The notes under the pieces are model-generated. The model worked only from the letters and a program-made list of their open reading frames with translations, did not search any database and was not told where the DNA came from. The translations under genes were made by a program, and so were the position numbers. DNA of 63,677 bases, filler included. It is 11 parts of 11 records of this genome, joined end to end, with 100 filler letters (N's around TTAATTAATTAA, not from the genome) between each part and the next. Parts side by side here need not be neighbours in the genome. Positions count along the whole stretch, not along the records: positions 56,070 to 60,917 come from SRR11831586_891; positions 61,018 to 63,677 come from SRR11831586_896; 9 more parts are not named here. One strand, 5' to 3'. Positions 56,635 through 63,677 of this stretch are shown here, one piece after another (positions within the stretch are counted from its first letter, which is position 1; each line of letters opens with the position of its first letter).

Positions 56635-57933
56635 TTAACTAAGCGTTTTCTGCCAGACAAAACTTACGCCATTCTCACCTTCAGCCACACCTTCTTGCGT
56701 CACAAATACCCCTGCCGCCGCAATCAGCGTTTCGCCATAAAACAGCAGTGGCGTGGTGTCACGTAGCCACGGCGGCACGCCCAGCTCTTGCCAGATTTTC
56801 TTTAGCTTACGTCCGCCGTTACGCCCGACAATATGCAGCAATCCTGGCGCTTTGAAACGCACGCTGACCGCTTCGTCTGCACGCGGAGGGCGAATATCGC
56901 CTCCCGCATTAAGCTGTACACTTCCCAGCCCCGCCGGTAATTCCAGCGGTTGAAGCCACGTCTGCCACGGCACAATGTTTTCGCTTTGCCCGGTGACGGA
57001 TTTAATCCACCACAGTTGCGACTGATAGCGTCGGATTTCAAACGCGCCCAAACGTAAACAGGGTGAGGCATCTTCCCGCGCCAGCGCCACTTCCTGCCAG
57101 ATCCTCACCAACGCGTCGCGGGAAGGCATCGGTGCATTCTGCCCTGCCAGCCAGCGGCGGATAATCGCCGCGCGGCGGGCATCACTCATCGCCAGCATTG
57201 GCACAATCTGCAGCGTCCCCTGCGGCGATTGACAGTGTGCTAAATCATCTGCCAGCAGTTCATCCAGCAGGCTCTCTTGTTCAGCACAAAGTGCGGCGCT
57301 GCGGGCCGTTGCTTCGGCAAAATGCGGCCAACGCTGCTGCAATAACGGCACTACGCGCAGGCGCAGAAAGTTACGATCGTATGAGTCGTCCTGATTACTT
57401 TCGTCTTCAATCCAGCGTAAATCATACTGACGCGCCCACTGCACCAGTTCCCCCCGCGTGCGGGCGAGCAACGGGCGAATAAGCCGCGTTCCGGCAAACT
57501 CCGAGACTTCCGCCATAGCCGAAAGCCCGGCAGGGCCACTGCCGCGTTTTAGCGCCAGCAGAAAGGTTTCACATTGATCGTCGAGATGTTGCGCGGTGAC
57601 CAGCACTTCACCGGGCAACAAGGTGCGGGCAAATGCCTGATAACGTGCCTGCCGCGCCTGGGCCTCAATGCCCAGTCCTTCTTGCGCAAGTTGTACGCGT
57701 TCGACCACCAGCGGCACCTGCCACTGTTGGCAGACGTTTTCGCAATGCGTAACCCAGGCATCGGCATTGGCACTTAAACCGTGATGCACATGAATAGCGC
57801 GCAGAGCGACACCCGGATTTTCCGTCCGCCACTGCACCAACTGATGCAGCAGAACGGTGGAGTCAAGCCCGCCGCTAAAGGCCACCAGAATCTGGCGTGA
57901 GGTGAGAAGTTGTCTATTGAGCGTGAGTGTCAT
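56635..57933 (-). CDS. tilS: tRNA(Ile)-lysidine synthetase
   Basis: 432 aa; SGGLDS PP-loop and HLDDQCET motif. Confidence 0.98.
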
Positions 57934-57997
57934 GATGGTGCGATTTTACAGTAGCAATGCCCGGCACGTTACCGGGCAAATGCGGCGATGACAAGCC

Positions 57998-58387
57998 TTA
58001 CTGCTCATACAGTTCCAACGGCAGCCCGTCCGGATCGTTAAAGAAGGTGAAGCGTTTTTGCGTGTATGGATCGACACGGATGGTTTCACACTTCACGTTA
58101 TGGCTTTCAAGGTGCGCCACTGCCGCATCGATGTCATCAACGCTAAAAGCCAGATGACGCAGACCGCAAGCTTCCGGTCGGCTGGGTCGTTCCGGCGGGA
58201 ACGGAAATGAGAAAAGCTCAATCACATATTGCCCATTAAGCGCCAAATCCCCTTTCCATGAGTCGCGCGCTTCGCGATAGACTTCGCTTTGCAGCGTGAA
58301 ACCAAGAATATCGCAGTAGAAAGCTTTGCTCACCGCATAATCCGTCGCAATAATCGCAATATGGTGAACCTGTTTTAAACCCAGCAT
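57998..58387 (-). CDS. yaeR: VOC/glyoxalase-family protein
   Basis: HHIAII, GLRHLAF and DPDGLPLELYE motifs. Confidence 0.93.
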   Translation of the reverse strand: MLGLKQVHHIAIIATDYAVSKAFYCDILGFTLQSEVYREARDSWKGDLALNGQYVIELFSFPFPPERPSRPEACGLRHLAFSVDDIDAAVAHLESHNVKCETIRVDPYTQKRFTFFNDPDGLPLELYEQ

Positions 58388-58443
58388 AACGTCTCCTTTA
58401 TTTGTTAACAGCACGTTACTCGCCCGGAAGCCGCTCTGGCAAG

Positions 58444-60585
58444 TTATCCCGCCATTTTTAGGACTCGTACGCGGTAAACGCCGTCTTCGTCCTGTTTCGC
58501 GCCGTGAATATCCGTTTCAAAACCGGGGTAATGTTGCCCGACGGAACAAAGCATCAGTAGAAAATCGAGTACTGTGCGGCTCTCTTTGGTCAGCATTTCT
58601 CCAGGCATCAACAGCGGTACGCCCGGTGGATAAGGCAGGATCATATTTGCCGATACTCTACCGACCAGTTGTTCCAGCGCAATGGTTTCTACTTCGCCTT
58701 TAATTTGTCGTTGCCATGCCTGATGTGGCGTCATGATCATCTCCGGCAAAGTATCGAATGCCCGCAACATCAAACCGGGAAGATCGTGTTTACGAATCAG
58801 CTTATGGATCCCTTGTGCCAGATCCTGAATACGCATATTGCGGTAGAAATCGGGATCTTCTGCATAGAGATCGGGTAGCATATTTTTGATCCGCAGGTTG
58901 AGATCGTAAGAGCGTTTGAATTCCGTCAACCCACGCAATAATCCCATTGCTTTGGTTTTATCGATGCCAATACTAAAGAGAAACAGCAGGTTATAAGGGC
59001 CGGTTTTCTCTACTACGATCCCACGTTCGTCGAGGAATTTTGCTACCAGCGCCGCCGGGATCCCCTCCTCGCTCATATTGCCCTGCTCGTCCATCCCCGG
59101 TGTCAAAATAGTGACTTTAACCGGATCGAGAAACATATGATCGGCATCCGCATCGTTAAAGCCGTGCCACTGTTCGCCAGGCGCAACGGGCCAGCATTCG
59201 GCTTCATCCACCTGCGGCGGTTGCCAGATATCGAAAAACCAACCGTCAGACTCTTCCCGCAGCCGCTGGACCTCTTTGCGAAAATGCAGAGCTCGTTCTA
59301 CTGAACGGTTAATCAGCCGTTTGCCCGGATTACCACGCAGCATCGCCGCCGCCGTCTCAACCGAAGCAACAATGGGATAACTGGGCGAGGTGGTGGTATG
59401 CATCATAAAGGCTTCGTTAAAGGCCTCTTCGTCATACTCGCCTTTAATGTGGATCAGCGAAGCCTGCGATAACGCCGCCAGCATTTTGTGGGTCGATTGC
59501 GTTTCGAAGATCACTTTTCCCGCAACACGCTCGCCGCTCATACCACTTTTACCCTGGTAGATCGGATGAAAATGGGTGTACGGCACCCAGGCAGAATCGA
59601 AGTGAATCGACGGGACATCCAGCGTCTGTTTGATCCAGTCGGTGTTGTAGAGCAAGCCATCATAGGTGGAGTTGGTGATCACCGCATGAACCGGCCATTG
59701 TGCTTGCGTGGTAGCAGCGACTTTCTCTTCGATGCTGTCGCGAGTAAATTCACGGCGCGGGATCCCACCAAGAATCCCCAACGCATTACGCGTCGGTTTC
59801 AGCCAGACTGGCACTACATCGTTCATCATCAACAGATGCGCCAGCGATTTATGACAATTGCGGTCGATCAACAGCGTACTGCCGGATGGCGCGGCGTACA
59901 TACCCACAATTTTGTTCGACGTCGATGTTCCGTTGGTAACGATATAACTCTGTTCCGCGCCAAAAGTCCGCGCGATGTACTCTTCCGCTTCCAGGTGTGG
60001 CCCGGTGTGGTCGAGCAACGAACCAAGCTCGGTGACCGAAATAGAGACATCAGCCTTAAGAGTATTCCCGCCGAAAAAATCATAAAACAGACAGCCAACC
60101 GGGCTTTTTTGATATGCGGTGCCGCCCATATGCCCCGGCGTACAAAAGGTGTACTTCCGCTCTTTGACGTAGGTAAACAAGGCTTTCGTGAACGGCGGTG
60201 TAATGTTATCAAGATATTCGTCGGTGTACTGACGCATACGAATGGCGATATCTTCCGCCTGCCCCAGCGCATATTCAAAAAACCAGAGCGCCATCCGCAT
60301 ATCCTGCACGCTGACATCCATCGTCGAGTGGGTGTTGATGAAGGCATAAAGCGGGAGATATTCATTAAGCTGATTGATATCGCTACATAAATCGAGACTG
60401 TACTCATCCCAGTCAAAAATCACGCCGCAAATTCGAGGGTTATGCTCGATAAATTTCAGCAAATCAACGCTGTTTTGTGGCCAGATAATCTGAAAGCCTT
60501 GCGCCACCAGCGCCGACTCCAGTTCTTTGATGGGCTCATCTTTATAAAAGACGCCATGCGGTCCCATAATGGCAATGATGTTCAT
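58444..60585 (-). CDS. ldcC: constitutive lysine decarboxylase
   Basis: 713 aa; TQSTHK PLP site; downstream of accA. Confidence 0.97.
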   Translation of the reverse strand: MNIIAIMGPHGVFYKDEPIKELESALVAQGFQIIWPQNSVDLLKFIEHNPRICGVIFDWDEYSLDLCSDINQLNEYLPLYAFINTHSTMDVSVQDMRMALWFFEYALGQAEDIAIRMRQYTDEYLDNITPPFTKALFTYVKERKYTFCTPGHMGGTAYQKSPVGCLFYDFFGGNTLKADVSISVTELGSLLDHTGPHLEAEEYIARTFGAEQSYIVTNGTSTSNKIVGMYAAPSGSTLLIDRNCHKSLAHLLMMNDVVPVWLKPTRNALGILGGIPRREFTRDSIEEKVAATTQAQWPVHAVITNSTYDGLLYNTDWIKQTLDVPSIHFDSAWVPYTHFHPIYQGKSGMSGERVAGKVIFETQSTHKMLAALSQASLIHIKGEYDEEAFNEAFMMHTTTSPSYPIVASVETAAAMLRGNPGKRLINRSVERALHFRKEVQRLREESDGWFFDIWQPPQVDEAECWPVAPGEQWHGFNDADADHMFLDPVKVTILTPGMDEQGNMSEEGIPAALVAKFLDERGIVVEKTGPYNLLFLFSIGIDKTKAMGLLRGLTEFKRSYDLNLRIKNMLPDLYAEDPDFYRNMRIQDLAQGIHKLIRKHDLPGLMLRAFDTLPEMIMTPHQAWQRQIKGEVETIALEQLVGRVSANMILPYPPGVPLLMPGEMLTKESRTVLDFLLMLCSVGQHYPGFETDIHGAKQDEDGVYRVRVLKMAG

Positions 60586-60639
60586 GTGTTCCTCCTGGAA
60601 AATCCTTCCTTAATCATAGCCTGCTCAAACCGTGGCGAT

Positions 60640-60668
60640 AAAAAAGGGCCACCGAAGTGACCCTTTTT
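60640..60668 (-). terminator. intrinsic terminator-like hairpin after accA
   Basis: AAAAAGGG...CCCTTTTT stem, T-tract on the minus strand. Confidence 0.68.
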
Positions 60669-60683
60669 CAGAACTTTTGCGAA

Positions 60684-60917
60684 TTACGCGTAACCGTAGC
60701 TCATCAGGCGCTGATAACGACGATTTTTTAAATCTTCAGTGCTTAACACGTCGAGATCGGCCAGATCCGCCAGCAGTTGCGCTTTCAACGATGCCGCCAT
60801 CGCTTCCGGGTTACGGTGAGCACCACCCAGTGGTTCCGGGATGATGGAGTCGATCAGTTTCAGTTCTTTCAGACGCGGAGCAATGATACCCATCGCTTCA
60901 GCCGCCAGCGGCGCTTT
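60684..60917 (-). CDS. accA: acetyl-CoA carboxylase carboxyltransferase alpha, 3' part (truncated)
   Basis: EPLGGAHR...[12 protein letters not shown]-terminus. Confidence 0.95.
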
Positions 60918-61017
60918 NNNNNNNNNNNNNNNNNNNNNNNNNNNNNNNNNNNNNNNNNNNNTTAATTAATTAANNNNNNNNNNNNNNNNNNNNNNNNNNN
61001 NNNNNNNNNNNNNNNNN
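60918..61017. other. artificial contig linker
   Basis: 44N-TTAATTAATTAA-44N. Confidence 0.99.
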
Positions 61018-61018
61018 T

Positions 61019-61648
61019 GAGGCAGCGAAAGCCATGACCGTGGCGATTCGCACTTTTTTACAGCAAAACGCCAATCGGGAAGGCGATTGCCTGACCATCC
61101 CCGACAGCAGCGCCACGCAGCGTGTTTCTGCTTCGCCAGCGACCACGGGGGCGCGAACGATGACCGCCTGGACGCAGGATCTCATCTATGCAGGCGATCC
61201 GGTTCATTATCATGGCAGTCGCGCTACCGAAGGGACACTTTCCTGGCGGCAAGCCACGGCCCAGGCGGGGCAGGGAGAGCGTTACGATCAGATACTCGCG
61301 TTTGCTTATCCCGACAACAGTCTTAGCCGCTGGGGAGCGCCACGCTCAACCTGCCAGTTATTACCCAAAGCGAAAGCCTGGCTGGCGAAAAAAATGCCGC
61401 AGTGGCGGCGTATATTACAAGCTGAGACGGGGTACAACGAACCAGACGTGTTTGCGGTTTGCCGTTTAGTCTCAGGTTTCCCCTATACCGATCGGCAGCA
61501 GAAACGGCTGTTTATTCGTAACTTCTTTACGCTTCAGGATCGGCTGGATTTAACCCATGAGTATCTGCACCTGGCCTTTGATGGTTATCCCACCGGGCTT
61601 GATGAGAACTATATCGAAACGCTGACCCGACAATTATTAATGGACTAA
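61019..61648 (+). CDS. yfaQ: DUF2300 protein, 3' part (truncated)
   Basis: IPDSSATQRV and LTHEYLHLAF motifs; upstream of yfaP. Confidence 0.88.
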   Translation, partial: EAAKAMTVAIRTFLQQNANREGDCLTIPDSSATQRVSASPATTGARTMTAWTQDLIYAGDPVHYHGSRATEGTLSWRQATAQAGQGERYDQILAFAYPDNSLSRWGAPRSTCQLLPKAKAWLAKKMPQWRRILQAETGYNEPDVFAVCRLVSGFPYTDRQQKRLFIRNFFTLQDRLDLTHEYLHLAFDGYPTGLDENYIETLTRQLLMD

Positions 61649-61652
61649 TGCT

Positions 61653-62429
61653 ATGCGAAAGATTTTTCTTCCGTTGTTACTGGTGGCGCTTTCGCCTGTC
61701 GCTCACAGTGAAGGTGTGCAGGAAGTCGAGATTGATGCACCGCTCTCAGGCTGGCATCCGGCAGAGGGCGAAGATGCCAGTTTTTCACAATCGATCAATT
61801 ACCCGGCGTCGTCCGTCAACATGGCAGATGATCAAAATATCTCAGCGCAGATCCGCGGCAAAATAAAGAATTATGCTGCGGCGGGTAAAGTTCAGCAGGG
61901 CCGGCTGGTGGTCAACGGTGCCAGTATGCCGCAGAGAATTGAATCCGATGGTTCATTTGCACGCCCTTATATTTTCACTGAAGGCAGCAACAGCGTGCAG
62001 GTCATCAGCCCGGATGGGCAAAGCCGACAAAAAATGCAGTTTTACTCAACGCCGGGTACAGGAACGATTCGTGCACGTTTACGGCTGGTTCTCTCGTGGG
62101 ATACGGACAATACCGACCTCGACCTTCACGTTGTTACGCCCGATGGCGAACACGCCTGGTACGGTAACACCGTGCTGAAAAACAGTGGTGCACTGGATAT
62201 GGATGTCACGACGGGGTACGGACCCGAGATTTTCGCCATGCCCGCGCCAATTCACGGGCGCTATCAGGTGTATATCAACTACTATGGTGGGCGCAGCGAA
62301 ACGGAATTAACCACCGCCCAACTGACGCTGATCACCGATGAAGGATCGGTCAATGAGAAACAGGAAACATTTATTGTACCGATGCGTAATGCTGGCGAGC
62401 TGACGCTGGTGAAAAGTTTTGACTGGTGA
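61653..62429 (+). CDS. yfaP: DUF2135 exported protein
   Basis: 258 aa; signal peptide, WDTDNTDLDLHV and GYGPE motifs. Confidence 0.92.
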   Translation: MRKIFLPLLLVALSPVAHSEGVQEVEIDAPLSGWHPAEGEDASFSQSINYPASSVNMADDQNISAQIRGKIKNYAAAGKVQQGRLVVNGASMPQRIESDGSFARPYIFTEGSNSVQVISPDGQSRQKMQFYSTPGTGTIRARLRLVLSWDTDNTDLDLHVVTPDGEHAWYGNTVLKNSGALDMDVTTGYGPEIFAMPAPIHGRYQVYINYYGGRSETELTTAQLTLITDEGSVNEKQETFIVPMRNAGELTLVKSFDW

Positions 62430-62463
62430 TTAATGGGGTTACCTTCGCCGTCGATGTTCAAGA

Positions 62464-62497
62464 AAACACCCGATAACTTTCGCTATCGGGTGTTTTT
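62464..62497. terminator. bidirectional intrinsic terminator
   Basis: AAAACACCCGATA...TATCGGGTGTTTTT between convergent yfaP and atoB. Confidence 0.82.
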
Positions 62498-62502
62498 ATT
62501 GA

Positions 62503-63675
62503 TTAATTCAACCGTTCAATCACCATCGCAATTCCCTGACCGCCGCCAATGCACAGTGTTGCCAGCCCCAGCGTTTTATCGCGTGCCTGCATGGCATGTA
62601 ATAGTGTGACCAGAATACGAGCACCACTGGCACCGATAGGATGCCCGAGCGCGATGGCCCCGCCGTTGACATTCACTTTCTCAGAATCAAAGCCCAGGTT
62701 TTTCCCAACGGCAAGGAACTGTGCAGCAAATGCTTCATTAGCCTCAATGAGATCAATATCCGCCAGTTGCAGCCCCGCCAGTTGTAACGCTTTTTGCGTG
62801 GCAGGTACTGGCCCCATACCCATCAATGCGGGGGGCACGCCACCGCTGGCATAACTTTTAATGCGAGCCAGGGGGGTAAGGCCTGCTGCCAGCGCCGCAG
62901 ATTCTTCCATAATCACCAGAGCGGCAGCACCGTCGTTAATACCAGACGCGTTCCCAGCGGTGACTGTTCCTGCTTTATCGAAGGCCGGGCGCAATGCACC
63001 TAACGCTTCAGCCGTTGAATTCGCTTTCGGGAATTCGTCTTGACTGAAGACGAAGGTTTTCTTTCGAGTGACAACATTTACCGGGACGATTTCGGCTGTA
63101 AAAGCACCGGACTCAATTGCGGCTGCCGCTTTACGCTGTGAATGTAGCGCCAGTTCATCCTGCATTTCACGGGTAATTCCGTACTCTTTAGCCACGTTTT
63201 CGGCGGTAATCCCCATATGATAACCATGGGTGGCGCACATCAGGCCATCGCGCAGGATTACGTCATAAACCTGTCCGTCTCCAAGACGATAACCAGAGCG
63301 TGCTTTTGCATCGAGTAAATAGGGGGCTAAACTCATATTTTCCATACCCCCCGCCACAATGCTCTGCGCCTGACCTGCCTGAATGGCCTGGGCGGCAAGC
63401 GCCACACTTTTAAGACCCGAACCACATACTTTATTGACCGTGAATCCGCACACCGTTTCTGCCAGCCCGCTTTTTAACAGTGCCTGACGCGCCGGATTTT
63501 GCCCCAGCCCGGCTTGTAACACGTTACCCATAATCACTTCATCAACGTGTTGTGAATCGATTTTTGCACGTTCAATGGCGGCTTTAATTACTGTCGCCCC
63601 CAGGTCGATGGCGCTGGTGGAAGCGAGTGAACCGTTAAAACTACCGATAGCAGTACGTACCGCACTGACGATGAC
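62503..63675 (-). CDS. atoB: acetyl-CoA acetyltransferase (thiolase II); start lies just beyond the window end
   Basis: [19 protein letters not shown] and CIGGG thiolase motifs; frame open to window end ([15 protein letters not shown]). Confidence 0.96.
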   Translation of the reverse strand, partial: VIVSAVRTAIGSFNGSLASTSAIDLGATVIKAAIERAKIDSQHVDEVIMGNVLQAGLGQNPARQALLKSGLAETVCGFTVNKVCGSGLKSVALAAQAIQAGQAQSIVAGGMENMSLAPYLLDAKARSGYRLGDGQVYDVILRDGLMCATHGYHMGITAENVAKEYGITREMQDELALHSQRKAAAAIESGAFTAEIVPVNVVTRKKTFVFSQDEFPKANSTAEALGALRPAFDKAGTVTAGNASGINDGAAALVIMEESAALAAGLTPLARIKSYASGGVPPALMGMGPVPATQKALQLAGLQLADIDLIEANEAFAAQFLAVGKNLGFDSEKVNVNGGAIALGHPIGASGARILVTLLHAMQARDKTLGLATLCIGGGQGIAMVIERLN

Positions 63676-63677
63676 AC

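Noticed and set aside
59488-60390. 300-aa ORF antisense to ldcC
   Set aside because: Shadow ORF; no recognisable domain

Overview
This window is not one continuous locus. It is a concatenation of 11 contigs joined by identical 100-nt linkers (44 N + TTAATTAATTAA + 44 N). Nine contigs are ordinary Escherichia coli (K-12-like) core-genome fragments in arbitrary order: thiM-thiD-yegX-yegW-yegV'; allD-allC-allE'; 'gfcC-gfcD-gfcE-etp-etk / appA-appX-appB-appC-hyaF'; 'ompX-opgE-mntS-mntR-ybiR-ldtB-ybiT; proQ'-msrC-letA-letB-rsmF-yebV-yebW-pphA'; codB-codA; 'mrcA-nudE-igaA-yrfG-hslR-hslO-yhgE-pck-envZ-ompR-greB-yhgF'; yaeP-rof-tilS-yaeR-ldcC-accA'; 'yfaQ-yfaP-atoB'. Two contigs (32643-36129 and 39093-41342) are not E. 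coli-like. They have no long ORF but contain short frame-preserving spliceosomal-type introns, so they appear eukaryotic. Manual splicing of 32643-35160 gives the C-terminal ~406-420 aa of an FZL/mitofusin-like (bacterial dynamin-like family) membrane GTPase that the six-frame ORF track cannot show. A second spliced gene with a TPR-like C-terminus converges on it, and a third spliced unknown gene lies in the second foreign contig. All family and gene assignments come from my recognition of the sequences; no database search was run. The source organism of the eukaryotic contigs cannot be determined from the sequence alone. No CRISPR array, IS element, prophage, rRNA or tRNA was seen.
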